A stretch of 61,793 nt of DNA, the filler included, from Choristocarpus tenellus KU-1152 (lineage: Eukaryota > Protista > Phaeophyceae), in NCBI GenBank assembly GCA_964200185.2. It is 5 parts of 5 records of this genome, joined end to end, with 100 filler letters (N's around TTAATTAATTAA, not from the genome) between each part and the next. Parts side by side here need not be neighbours in the genome. Positions count along the whole stretch, not along the records: positions 38,657 to 55,314 come from CAXNAD020000797.1; 4 more parts are not named here. One strand, given 5' to 3'. A program made the translations under genes and the position numbers. The notes below the pieces were generated by a model. The model did no database searches and was not told the origin of the DNA. It saw nothing but the letters and a program-made list of their open reading frames with translations. Positions 38,762 to 52,275 of the stretch are shown piece after piece (the first letter of the stretch is position 1; every line of letters begins with the position of its first letter).

Positions 38762-39378
38762 AAATTCGCAGATTCAACATAGCACACATCATCTAACCCT
38801 ATCACACTGTCTATCAACGATTAGGACTATATTGATCAAAATGGTCAACATACAACACCTATGACACGCAAGAAATGATTAAAATCACGCCTCCAACACT
38901 GAGGTAAGTTCAAAACATCCCCTAGGATCCACTATATGTCATTTTGCCGTACGTAAAATGACAGAATTTAAAAATTTACCTCATCACCTCACTCACCCAC
39001 TTTACTTCTATAACAAGGGAGGGATACCACATATTTGTCATGGAGCGACCATGGATTAGAGAGATAAAAGTAGTGTGGAAGTAGAAGGTTTTTGTCCACA
39101 TATCAGATATCTTCTTCTGTTCGACCCTGTTACAAATGCCATCTCTCGCCCTTCCTATTTTTTTTAGCTGCACTTTTCTAGTCTTTGTATATAAACGTAG
39201 GAACAGTATATCTGTACCTTCCTTTCCTTGCTATTACTAAACCAAGAGATAGAACTCGGAGAATCTGAATTGTCGTGGCAAGACTTCCCTGCAGCCAGTC
39301 AAGTACAGCAGAAGATTCGAGGTGAGAGGTGATCGATGGGATGGCTGAACCCAATGCACGCAAAGAATAAGCAATCTA

Positions 39379-39409
39379 TAGGGTTAGGGTTAAACCCTAA
39401 CCCTAACCC
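39379..39409. repeat. Head-to-head telomere-like palindrome (TTAGGG)2/(CCCTAA)2+
   Basis: tagggttagggtt-a-aaccctaaccctaaccc. Confidence 0.8.
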
Positions 39410-40184
39410 AATGCGATGGAGTGCAACTAGTCGTGGTGCAAGTTTGTCATAACGAGGAGGAAAGTGCAGCGCATACTTCCTCTGACTGACTATCGGGGAT
39501 ATAGGATGAAAGTAGAATCTAAGGGTTTCCAGACAAATGTGCACAAAATGATTTATATACTTAAAGTCTATTACAATTCAATCCTCCACAAAAATATATT
39601 GTACCAACACATCACATCTATTTTGGGTCCGAGAGTTATTTTGAACAGTCCTCAATGGCAACAATATCTTCCTAATGTCGCAATGTTGGGCCTAGAGATT
39701 CGTCTTGGTATATACAATAAGATCATAGAGATGTTAACAATCCTTACATGCCAAAATAACTCCCCTCGGTGCCACTGTCTGCCCAGCAAGTGCTCTGCCC
39801 AACCCAGGGAAACAAAGATTGGTTAAATTTCGGTATCCCGCCGATTATTACAGAAATCAGATATTGCCACCAACTCCATGTTGAAGTTGGGGGGTGACCC
39901 GTCTGAAAAACGGTGTATTGTTCACAACTAGTAGCATACATGTACCACTGACGATGTATTTTTCTTTTTACTTTCATCAGTTTCCTTTGCAGTTATATCA
40001 TACGGCCAAATCCACCTTTTCCAATACATATTTGCTTCTGGGTACGGGCTCATCATCTCCTGGATGAACATGATGACAGAAAAAACATGCTCCATAAAAA
40101 AAAAAGTGGTAAAATCCAAACATTTCTTTGAAAACAAGTGTATTCAGTCCCTTGATTATCACGGTTGTATGGAGATTGTCTTAC

Positions 40185-43100
40185 ATGTTATGACGAACAG
40201 ATGGATCTCCCTGCTGACTGCTCTCGCCAACTCATCATCAATGGATCGCCAAGTCATGTAAAACAAGCTAATCTGAAGGAGACGGAGTGTAAGCAAAACA
40301 TTTTCGGATAAAATATAAATGAGACCTACATGCGTTTGATTGGGAGATTGTTGATACAAAGTATTATGAATAAGTTGTAGTACTGTGACACTGAGCAACA
40401 ACGGAAATATACCGTGGTACGCCAAAGGAATTTCACAAGATCATAAAGGGTATAGAACTCCTGTGGTGGCCGACAAACTTCTTCGTCACTGTATCCCATG
40501 AAGGACGAAAGGACAACCGCCAGTATGACCACTCCAGCAAAATTGATGCATCGTAGTGAACACATCTCAAAAGCCATGTTTTATCTGGTTCACACGAAGC
40601 ATACAGAGAGCCCACTACCATGGATGGAGACATCGTTCTATAGAACCACAGCACTCTCCCGTGATTTTATATCTCACACACATTTCGAAGCAATAAAACC
40701 AGAGCAAATTAAGGCCCTCGGATACGGTACTGCAACGAAGAGTAGAGTAGGAAAAATAAAATAAAATGTCCTGGTTTTCTTCCACAACACTCGCAAACGG
40801 GATGATAACATGAAACCCCTGAGTATATTTACTCGTATACCCCCAAAAAGGTATGCCCTCAAGACCTTTGCATATAGTCTTTTCATATAGTCGTTTTATG
40901 CACCTCCTTAAGATTCTCCGCTTGCGAGGCCATTGCACTTTCGAGCTTGCCCTTCCAGTCAAACAGTTCACCCTTCCTTTCGTTAGGAGGTAATTGCAGA
41001 GTGTAGGGCTTTGCAAAGCCAAGACCATGGAAGAGTGACCCAGGTCATTTGATGTCATTTGATGTCATTTGATGTCATTTGATGCCATTTGATGACAAAC
41101 GGCCAATGACAACCCAAACAGGTGAGCGAAAGAAAGATTGCACACGTTAAGTCGACAGGGAGGTGTGTATATGCAGAGCACTCAGGTGTGATTTTGGTCC
41201 CAGGCAAAGTTAGAACATGCCCTATTAGATTCAAGATGTCTGTAGCCAGTAACACCAACCTCATAGTCCTATATTCGAGTATAGAGCTGAAAAACATCGA
41301 CAACAAGAGACTGTACCTGCGAAATTGCCTGTGCGCTGATCAAGTCCCCTGTTGTCTCATTAAAGACCATGGTATTCCCAAATAATTCCTCAAGGATGGC
41401 TTTGTTGCCGTGGAGAGAGGTATCCGTATTCACGGCCATCAGGATGTCAGCATCGCTCGACACAGTGTCCTGAAGGTGAGATGTGAGGCCAAGAACGTTG
41501 ACTCATAAGGCGCACTTGATCCAGGGTTCTGGGGTGGCTGGGAGACCAAGTTTATGACTTAAAGAGAGAAGAATGGGTTGCCTGGGAAGCAAACGCGACT
41601 GAGAAGAGATCCTGCCGTGGCATTTTTATACCAATTAGAAAAACTAAGAGAACGGTCATCTAGCCTATGACCCTACCCAGGAACACTGCTTGATCTATTA
41701 TTTCTTACGGAGAGTTATTTGCAGTACTGTCATCCGAGTCAATGTATTTTAGAGGGTAGGGCCGCGTCCATTTGGGGGCCAGAATCCAATGTTGCGATTT
41801 CTATTAAATTTTATCCGTCGTATTTGTTAGGAAGTGTCAGTATCCTTGTTCCGGACACACCATTTCATAACATATACATATTACCTACTCCGAAACATTT
41901 TGGAGTAGGCAAAATATCATAAAAACCCCACGGGAAGCCAAGCCCTAAATGGACAAACAGGGCAAAACTCGTACCCTCTAAGATACTTTCACTCATCCCC
42001 CCTCTTTTTCCTCAGCCACAACATTAGTCTCTTGGCATCAGTCTTCCTGACATGTCACCATTCTAGAGTTTGTTACGTAGAATTAGCTTTCATGGCATAT
42101 CCGACCAATGACCCAAATAAAGGTTCTCTTAAAAAATTATGAGAGAGGGCATTAGGCGGCAGGTTTGGGGATAGGAGGCCAGAACCTGGTAGAGGGTGTA
42201 GTTTGAGCTCCAAAAGTGCATTGGGTGCAGGAAGGGCTGTCGACAAGTGACCCCATCACTCTCCTTTTCGCACAGGTCCAAAAACGTATTTCCAGAATCG
42301 GTCTGTCAACGGAAAATCCACATACAGTAAAGGGTTACAGAAGCGGGTTTTTGAGCTGGCGAGGATCTTCAGCCCCTGAGGTATTTTAGGTAGATTTAAG
42401 AGTACTCATTGCCTACAAGGCCATATCTCAACCTAGGTCTACCCAGCTTGCCCAAACTTCACCTAGTATCTGACCAGCTTGGCCAGAGCCTCATAATTGA
42501 GCAAGCGACCTGTGTTGATCAATGGTTAAGTACCTTAGATTGGGATTATAAAACTGCACCCAAGTCATTGGTAGGCATGTGGGGAGTCCATGTGAAAGCG
42601 TTAGCGTCACTTTGTGCGTGTTTTGTACCTTGATATCATATAGGACATTGTTGGTGATCCATAGCTCATCAAATGCTGCTTTGGTCAAAACATTGCCATC
42701 CTTGGCCTTGGTTGTGAAGAGCAAAACCACAAAATTGATCTCCACGCCTGCACATCAGAAGAGCATCCATCACCCATTTACCGCAGCAGGCATCAAGATC
42801 TCCAAGGTTAGTTTTCCGCATGCTCACCAAGCCAGAGGAACTTTCTTACGATCTTGTTTTGTATTTGTCTCGGAAACTGCTCACACAATATCATCAAAAA
42901 CGTTTTGTGTCTCCACACACTATTATTGTAACTTGACGGGGGGAGTGAGATATAGGGAGGGGGTGCACTGCGACGCTATGGAGAAAGTATATAGTACTAT
43001 CCACACTCGTTACTTTGTCTTGAGTGTGAAACCCATATCCCCAACATCACACAAAAACAAGATATGTACGTGTATATACCTGTAGCCAAAACTTATGCCA

Positions 43101-46100
43101 TACATATTGTGTAATGTTGCAACACCATCAACAATGGATCATACAAGCATTCATACTATTTTAGGATAACCTAATATGTGTGTGTTCACGCACATAAATG
43201 GACCTACAACATCTGTGCGTACCTTGATCATAGTCGCCCTATATGATAACACGCCAAAACTGAAAAATGGCAAGGTATAGCATTTGGTACAATTTAGTAC
43301 TGTCGGTCTGTACATCGTATTATTTATTGCCAATTTAGTACGAGGGAGGACATATGTATGTACTACGTAGCATGAGAGAACATATCCTCACCATCATGAA
43401 AAAAACTCCGAATTGTTTTCTCCTCATATTTACTGCGAGAGTCAGCTGGAGTCCACAGCTTGCCGCCTGATTTGGACACAAGAAGTATAAGCGAGAGAGG
43501 AGTTAACATGGGATGGTATGGATGAATGCATATTTGAAACATTTTCATAGTAAGTGCAGCGTGTATACTATGGACACCACTACTAATACTGGTGGTAGGA
43601 TAGTGCAAGAGCCGGGTAGTCATGTCCTTGTGCCTATTAAGTTACTGATGGGGTCTACGACTGAAAAGCCTTGTGATATATATATATATATATATATATC
43701 ATTGGATATACCGAGCGAGCATATTCTACACTTCCTCTGTTCGGAATTAAATGTAACATATTTTTTTGCAGTCTCAATGAAGAAACAAGATTGTTTTTTT
43801 CAATTTCATATTTGATTGTGTATTGTGCAGACACTACAATGGTTGCCCACAAAATTCTCAAGCAAAATGGGGCAGGCTACACCTATCTATAATTCCGCCC
43901 CCGAAGCCCTCCAAAACTCCATTCCAGCACGGTATTTCGCCACATCAGCTGGGGCATTTGGGGGGAGCTTGCCCACCTTCTCAGCCTTTTCCTTGCTAAG
44001 ATGGAACGTTGAAGACGTTGACCCCAGTACTTCACCGTAGACTAAGAAAATGATTTGCTAAACACGCCCTAGTGTGTCTTGGAGATACACATCAAATGCC
44101 TCCATTGTGGGCTCCAACAGCTCCTCTGTGTTGGTCACCCCAACGCCTTTCTTCACAGTTGCTGAATGGAATGAAAGAATCCCAAGTCGTTAATATCGAG
44201 GTCAGGTGAATTGGTTGGCTGGGTTTCTATGACAATGTCATCCCCCACCGCCTACTCAATTACCTCCATGATCACCCCCTTGGTATGTGGAATTGCCCAA
44301 TCCTGCTGGACAAAGATGGTGTGTTCTTCCGGCCTAGACGTACGGACCTTGATTGCAGGGACGACATCCTTGATCATAAGCTTCTTATACCTCTCCCTAT
44401 CCACTTTGGCTGCTACGAGCACCTTGGTGCCTTTGGAACAGTGTTTGCTGGAGTGCTGAGTGACCTTAGTGTCTATGATTACCCAGATCCCTATTTTCCC
44501 ATCTAGCCATACCCCATTGAAGAGCTTCCTAGGGCAGGCCTCAGCTGCTAGGAACATCACCTCCGTAATGTGTAATGTATCGCTTATTCTGTACCCGTGT
44601 GGGGGGTTTTGGGGGGTATCCTCAGTGGGGTGCAGGTACACACCTTGCCCATCTTTGAGGATGTAACATTACTTCTTATCCACCTGCACCCAGTCATAAA
44701 GATCGTCCAAAACTACCCCACTTCCCCTCCTCCTACGGGTGGGGCTGAGGATGAAACCCACCCTCTTGAATTTCTGCTGATCTGAGAGAACTGGCTTAAT
44801 CCACCGCTTGACCCTCTTCACCTTCTCACACTTGCACATATCCCACAACGAGGCAAGGTAGACCCCAGGTTTGCCCACCCATTTGCAGAAGGATGTGCAG
44901 TGTGCTGATGGTACATCCCAAACGTCAAGGATACTTGTACAGAGGCCACATCACCCCTTACGATGTTGTACGAGGTCCATACATTCACTCTCTGCAGTAT
45001 CCTTCAAATGACGCAACACAGTGATTTGGGAAATTACCAAGTCCTCCACTATGACTGCCGCTGTCCCCCGAGGCATCTGAGTCTTGCGCTCTCTCACCTC
45101 AAGGTATTGTGCACCAAACTGTTCTTTGTCAGGATGTTTGAGTCTGAACCCCAGACAGACTTCTGGATCGAAGAATTGGGACCGACTGGCGACGACTGGA
45201 TGGACAAGCCGCTCAAACGATGGGAGGCCCTTCGCCCTAGCCATCCCAATAAACACCGGCTTTGATAGTTTAACAAGGTCTCCTAACCCCATCAAATGCG
45301 ACTTGATCGACTTCACACTGGTGATCCTCCACAGTCATGATAGCCCACCATCTCAAAATTTGCACGACTCCCAATCTATATGGGAACTATGGCTCGTTCA
45401 GAGGGTTTATCAAGTGGGTAGTTCCTAGGCAAGGACGGAGTTTCCAAGGTTTTGATACATTTAATCCCGAACGTAGAAGTACTTGGTTAATTAATCAGCA
45501 GAAACATAATACACAACCACATCATCATTCAGCAGTATTTCACACATCGGACAAATCAAATCCTGTTTTTGGCGTACAAATCAATTTCCGACAAATCAAT
45601 GACCTTCCTGTTATATATACGAGAATGCACATTGGGGCATGTTCTCAAAAATCATGGATTTAGGAGGAGTCAACTCTTTCGTCTGTTGATCCCTATTATT
45701 TGTAACTATTCAAATTTCTGAGAGTGGTGTGGGACAAATCTTCGATCAACCTGATGAGATTTTCACGAATCATCAATATGCCATGATTTTGACAACTTGT
45801 ATTCAAAAGCACAAATCATTGAGTAGAGAGATAAATGTGTTCGTACCGAGGAACCTTTGTACATTTTGTAGATAAACCTAAATGATACGAGGAATATTTG
45901 TAGATGCATTTGCCTGGGGAGTGGTACCGATATATGGGAGCACTGAGTACTGATTTATTGCCAAATTCAAGCGAATTACACATTTTTAAGGACGATCCCA
46001 ACTGGTGTCGAATCTGAGGGCGTGAAACACAAGAGATGTCACCGAAAATACAGTGCACCATGACATGCTCCTATAGAACGGGGGGTGATAGTATGTATAC

Positions 46101-49059
46101 TATAGAAGAAGAACAAGAGGACCAAGTAACGAACAAAATTACTGTATTTTTAACCTAGTACCTGTAAACAAGTATAATTTGCCTTAAATCGTAAGGAAAT
46201 ATTTTGTGTATTCAAGATGAACTAGGAACAGATCAGCAATATAGAATTATCTTGGCTTGGTGCATAGGGAGAAGCCATTTTTAGATGTTGATACAATGGT
46301 GAGTGATATCTACAAATCATATGTGCATGCTAACCAACAAGGTAATATTGACAATATCGGGATTTGTACGTAATTTCTCACAGTTGAGTTTTATTATGCG
46401 TATGATTTGTGATACAATATTCCTAATGAGAAAAAATATTTGTACATCTTCACACCTTCTTCACATACAAATATTTGTAACTATTTTTGTCTAATGATGA
46501 TAACTCAACTCACAAATGAGTTTAGCTAATTTGGTCCAATGTGTTCATTATTTTACATTCTCTATATATCACCATGTCACGTCTACCAGAGAGATGGATA
46601 ATTTAGCATGCCATAATGTACCGAATTATTTGCTGTGCCCGCCTGTTCACCTGAAAAAAGTGAGATACGTGCTGGGTTTTTTTTATGGTGTATGGAGATC
46701 GAGGTGACCAACTTCACAAAGACCAGAGTACACTCCCCACCTTCAGCAGTGAGCGAGGTCATCATTTGTCTTCCTTGCAATTTGCTGCGCAAGCAGCAGC
46801 AATGGTGGGATCAACAACTGTGTTGGTGCATTGACTGGGCATTAGGAGATTCAGTCTATCAGCAGTCTGCTCAGGGTTGCGTAACCGAACATTTAGTGCG
46901 ATGAGTTAACAGGATTGCCTGCTCAGACGAAGCAGACTACCTCATTCATGCAAGAAGAATTGCAGGAGGGATTGTTTTGCGACTGACAACAGACAAAGAG
47001 GAAGACTATATTTTGGAGGAGGATCATCTCACTGATGCAGAGACGGAAAACACGATGGGCCACGTGAAGAGAACATAGCACGAAATGATGTTCATGATCC
47101 ATGTCCTACCCCTCATAATGCTTGTCGTGATGCCCAGTTAACTCAGTGGTTGGTGGAGGGCACTCATGGGTGCGTGCACAACGAAGACCAAGCAGGAGGC
47201 AAGGTCAATCGATCAGGACCTCATAATCAGGAGTTAGATTACTCGAGGACCTGTCAGCTAACTGAACTGGACCCTTGCATTTGACAGCGGGGTTGAAATG
47301 TATGAGGGACGAGAGAATATTGAGACTACAATGTTACCACGCTTCTATAACTTGGGAGAACAGTATAGCCAAGAAAAGCGTATTATCGACCTAAGCCTAG
47401 ACTGTCAACCAGTGGAGAACGTTGATGCTAGAAGGTGGAAAAATCTACATGGTGCGTGAGATGTTGTGTTGCTGACATGTAGATGATTGGGTGCTAGGAC
47501 CGCTGGTGTGTTTCACTAGACTTGAAGGAGAAATGAGAGGAGACTTTGTGTAAGGAGCCTTGAGGGTTCAAGCAAGGGTGAGTCTTTGAGTGAGACTGGA
47601 TTAACAAACAGGTGTGATCCTGGGTGTTATCTTGCATCAGGAGGTATGGAAAATGAGAGTGAGCAGGTGAAGGCAGTGAGGACTACCATCTCATCTCTCA
47701 TGGTTTGTTTTTGTACAGGAGTGAGTAAATACTCACACAAGGGGGAATAAAAACAAGTATATGTAGCCACTGTACTGGTTATAGCGAGAAAAGCAAGCGA
47801 GTGAACGTATCTTAGAGGGTACAAGTTTTTCCCTGTTTGTCCATTTGGGGCTTGGCTTCCCACGGGTTTTTAATGACATTTTACCTACTCCAAAATGTTT
47901 CGGAGTAGGTAAAATGTTTACGTTATGAAAAGGTGTGGCCAGAACAAGGATATTGACACTTCCTAACAAACAGGATAGCCAAAATTACATAAAAATTGCA
48001 ACATTGGATTGTGGCCCCCAAATGGAGGTGACTATACCCTCTAAGATACTTTGGCTCACGACCAGTGTCACTGTTTATAGCTGTGTCAGAACAATCTTGG
48101 ACAGCGTATATTTACCTCGTAGTATTGCAGCCAAGTTATAAGCTACCAACTCAGGTCCAAAGACCTACTTTGGGCAAAGTAACAATATATATTTGTGAAT
48201 TTGTTTGGAAACCGAATGTTTTTAGCAGTCAAACCATGGCTCTGGGATCCAGGGATCCACCTTGTGTTGTGTGTTGGTGCTGAGTACCACAGATAGATGC
48301 ATTGATCGTGTAATGTGAGGTCCAGAGAACCCATGATAACGTTACAAATCCCCCATGGTATACGCGTTTTGGGTCCCCCAATGGTATCTAGCACACAAGC
48401 CCACACTTCTATCTAACTTGTATTACCACACCCTCGACAAGCTAAGAGGCTATCCAACAGGACGCACAAGAATAAGTAGGTGGACACAACATGCTGGAAA
48501 GAGGAAGGTTCACTCCCACCTGGCTACCAGATATCTTCTACTGTGTAGTATTCGACAAACTCAAACATGTTGATGTGGGAATATATGGGAGGATGTCTCT
48601 GTTTTTTGTTCTACTGTACAATCATGATCGATGCAGTGTCTTCAGTTTCGCCATAACCCACTCACCAGCACTCTCAACGGTGAAATTAGCAAAGCCGAGC
48701 ATACAAAGGATGACCAAGACCATGGACACGGCCAGTGTGGTAAACGAGTGCGTAGCAACCCACACTCCTAGACGGTAAAAGAAGTCCTCAGAACCTGCTT
48801 CCAACTTCGACCGGGCTTGCGCTAGGCGAGATAGCTTCTCTCCAGCAGCTGTAGCAACAACACGTTGAGGTATGTGTGAGGTGTTGAGGAGTTGCATTAC
48901 ATTAAGAAAACATCCCCCCTCACAGAGGCGCCCTCCCCTATTATTTCTTGTCGACAATTTCTCGAGAACGACCGGTCCTATTACTCCCAGGCCTTGAAGA
49001 CGGTCTGCTAACTCCACATCTACCCAATCGTCTAAATATGACCATACTTGACAAGCCAT
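40185..49059 (-). CDS. Patched/NPC1-family sterol-sensing-domain membrane protein (PTCHD-like), 5' part; start codon uncertain, 3' exons not found
   Basis: In-phase exons 48666-49059, 43392-43466, 42629-42747, 42186-42302, 41317-41469, 40904-41008, 40185-40272. They read FFYRLGVWVATH-TM1-GGKLWTPADSRS...GNVLTKAAFDELW...TFLDLC...LFDW...FYMTWRSIDDELARAVSREIHLFVIT (entry into the SSD). Confidence 0.8.
41044..41096 (+). repeat. 10-bp tandem repeat (tcatttgatg)x5
   Basis: Directly visible. Confidence 0.95.
41736..41994 (+). mobile_element. MITE family A copy, 259 bp, TSD ATCC
   Basis: gagtcaatgtattttagagggta ... taccctctaagatactttcactc, flanked by atcc on both sides. Confidence 0.9.
43731..45479 (-). 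mobile_element. Decayed Tc1/mariner element of plant-mariner (Stowaway-partner) type with both TIRs, inside an intron
   Basis: TIRs CTTCCTCTGTTCGGAATTAAATGT / ACATTTAATCCCGAACGTAGAAG-TA. Transposase remnants WVQVDKK, ITEVMFLAA, DGKIGIW, FVQQDWAIPH, QPTNSPDLDINDLGFF, with stops and frameshifts. Confidence 0.85.
45540..46560 (+). repeat. Old dispersed repeat family D (second copy); boundaries approximate
   Basis: Colinear anchors with 8780-9500. Confidence 0.6.
47799..48057 (-). mobile_element. MITE family A copy, 259 bp
   Basis: gagtgaacgtatcttagagggta ... taccctctaagatactttggctc; no clear TSD. Confidence 0.9.
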
Positions 49060-50642
49060 GCTCGAGAACCGTTCCAAAAATAAGGAGGGCGTATCCTCAA
49101 GAACTACGGCGAGAACTGTACGAAATAGAGGACACTCACCTTTTGGGTTTGGGGAAGTTTTCGAGAATAGTTACAATCTTTTCAATATTGAACGATCATA
49201 TCAATACGATGCTAGCAAACGGTCGTTCAAACATAAGCACGATTTGTATCAGTCTATAGTTCTCGTGAACCTATTCATAGTACAATTAAACTTATCAGGG
49301 GAGTACATTGAAGCTCACATAATTTCATGGGCGCCCCTATTTTCTTTTGGGATCATTCCACAACATCTGACCAAATGGGTATCTAGTTGTTCTGAGATCA
49401 AAGCACGATCCAATATAGTCCTCATGCCCCAAAGAAGTCATACGCCATGTCCACTAGGGTCGACACTTAGTAGAGAATATGCCTGACTACTCACATGCGT
49501 GATTGCCCCCCTCCATTGTTTGCCGCTTTCGTAGCAAGTGAGTTCTTGCAGCGTTTCACTAGAACTCGGTAGCGAAGGATAAAGGAAAACGGAGGGATTC
49601 GCAGGATACAAAGGCTCACACAATGAATCGGAGTCAAAGGAGAGGACTGATCAGTGATGAATGAGATTTGCGAAACTTGGTAGTATCATCTGTCTCGTTA
49701 ATTGGTTGCAATAAGGTTCAACGGTTAAGGTATCAAGGTTCTACATAGCTTGACTGAATTTATGCATTCCTTCATGAAGCGGGTACATAGAACAATAGAT
49801 GGTAATGGTAACTATTGTTGCACCCTCTAATCAAGGCGAACTCAAATCTCAATCTATCTATTACCCACATTTCTTCACATACACATAAATTATTTTGTAT
49901 TGTCTTTTTTATATATTTCTGAGTCGGAACACATGAAAAGATGAGATGTTATTTTCTTAGAAAGAACATAATGTGTCGTACTATTTGAACACCACTACTT
50001 ATACTACTGTTTACACAGTTATGCCAATGTATATATATATTCCAAGAACTTTTTTCCAAGTAGTTGGCACTGTGGAGGTTTGAGTTATGGCTGTAGGTTG
50101 GAGCCAAGCACGAAACATCTTAAACAATATTTGACAGCAATGGACGCCAGTCATATCACCAATATTGTGAGAGGACCTTTGGCAAGCCTGCCATGCTGAA
50201 ATAGTTGACGGCTATGGACAGCCCTAGCAGAACATGTTGATGCTGGACAGGCTTTTGACCTTATGACATTGAAATAGTTGATGGATGTTTATGGATAACG
50301 TAGTTGTCAAGTAGACTGACTTGGTCGACATGAATCCCAAATTATCTCAAAATACATGGGGGAATAAAAGTATGTACAACATATATCCTTCAACTCTCCT
50401 TCAATTGAGTAATGTAAACACCAGATTAATATTTGAGGTTGAACCTGCGTTTTCCTACCATCTATGTTTCAACTCCACTCCAGGGCAGTTCACAGGCCCC
50501 ATTATAACATAATACTTGGTAGCCATGGGGACACAACATGTCAGATTATTTTTTAACCTATGCAGCCTCCGGACCGGACTGCTATACTTTGATATTTCCC
50601 TAGTCTGCTCAAAGTCGTGATGTTTTACAGATTTTGATATCA

Positions 50643-50896
50643 GAGCCAAAGTATCTTAGAGGGTAGAGCCATGTCCGTTTGGGGCCCAAGATCCGACGTT
50701 GAAATTTCGATGTAATATTGCCCATCATGTTTGTTAGGAAGTGCCAATATCCATGTTCTGGGCACACCTTTTCATCACATACACAACCTACTCCAAAACA
50801 TTTTGGAGTAGGAAAATATCATAAAACCCCCATGGGAAGCCAAGTCCCAAGTGGACAAACAGGGCAAAACTTGTACCCTCTATGATACTTTTACCT
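50643..50896 (+). mobile_element. MITE family A copy
   Basis: gagccaaagtatcttagagggta ... taccctctatgatacttt. Confidence 0.88.
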
Positions 50897-51131
50897 TGAA
50901 AGGACTCCTATCATTGAGTTCTTCTATGAACCCACAAGCTAGGTCCTAAGTAGTGATGGTATGACTATTACAATGGCACGAACCCTCCAGATAAAGTAGA
51001 TGGTGAGGGCGACTTCATCACTTCACACTTACCACAGGTTGACAGATCTCCCCTTTTTTGGGATAGTAAAAAAAAAAGTTGGCGATATTTCAGTGGGTTG
51101 TCAAAAATGGTTTATGAGACACGGTTTAGGC

Positions 51132-51355
51132 AGGTTTCCCCCACCAAACACACAACTACAGATTAACAAACATTTTGATAAGGTGTTGCATGAGATGATC
51201 TTCAAAGCACTCTTTTTTCATAACCCTTTCGAAAAATTGGGGTACAGAGGTCTACGAAAACGCTTATTTTACACACTTTGAGTAAGGTTTCCCCACCAAA
51301 ATGCACAACTAGATGAAATAACGTTTTTAAAATGTTGCATGAGATGATCTTGAAA
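51132..51355 (+). repeat. Diverged ~70-bp direct repeat (51132-51205, 51285-51355)
   Basis: aggtttcccc.accaaa..cacaacta...tgttgcatgagatgatctt occurs twice. Confidence 0.7.
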
Positions 51356-52008
51356 TATGATAATCTTGGTTTTTAAAGGTTGCACCTGAACGTGGTCAGA
51401 CACATATCCCTTTTTCTTGACATTTTGAGAAGGCAGTGTAGCTTGACGTGTTTTCAAATCATAGTCTCTCGAGCTTTTCCACAAGTAAGTGGACATACAA
51501 GTGTTGTCTGTATGACATCCTCGCTTTCTGGGAGCGATTTTGTAATAACAAGTTTTTTCTATTGGAAAAATGAGTTCAACCAATGATACTATTAAATATT
51601 GACAGGTACCATATTAGTGGAGAGTACAAGAGAAGAGACTGACAGAAATAGGTCGCAGATGTATATACAACTCTTTCTTTAATACTTGCAGATATATCAC
51701 TGTGGTGCGTTTTTGCAACAGTATTATTCGAAATTTTTTGTAATATCAGCTCATCTATATGATCACACACCGCAACACGTTCCATTTGCAAACTAAACTT
51801 CAACAAAAGTAACACAAAAATCATGATATTCAACATATTAGAAAACTCACACAGTCACTTGTTCACACTCTGTTTCCATCAGCCGCATCCCACCCCTATC
51901 CAACTCAGAGCCTGAAATAATGCTACTCCATATTTTGGTATGATATAAATATCCTGTAGATTTTGGGGAAGTGTACAAGAAAAGCATAGCACTACACTTC
52001 CTCACTCA

Positions 52009-52275
52009 GAGCCAAAGTATCTTAGAGGGTAGAGCCGCGTCCATTTGGGGGCCAACATCCAATGTTGCGATTTCGATGTANNNNNNNNNNTTTTGGCTAT
52101 CGTGTTTGTTTGGAAGTGTCAATATCCTTGTTCCGAACACACCTTTTCATAACATACACATATTACCTACTCCGAAGTATTTTGGAGTAGTAAAATATCA
52201 TAAAAAAAACGAGGGAAGCCAAGCTCCAAATGGACAAACAGGGCAAAACTTGTACCCTCTAAGATAGTTTAACTT
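52009..52275 (+). mobile_element. MITE family A copy (contains a 10-N gap)
   Basis: gagccaaagtatcttagagggta ... taccctctaagatagttt. Confidence 0.88.
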
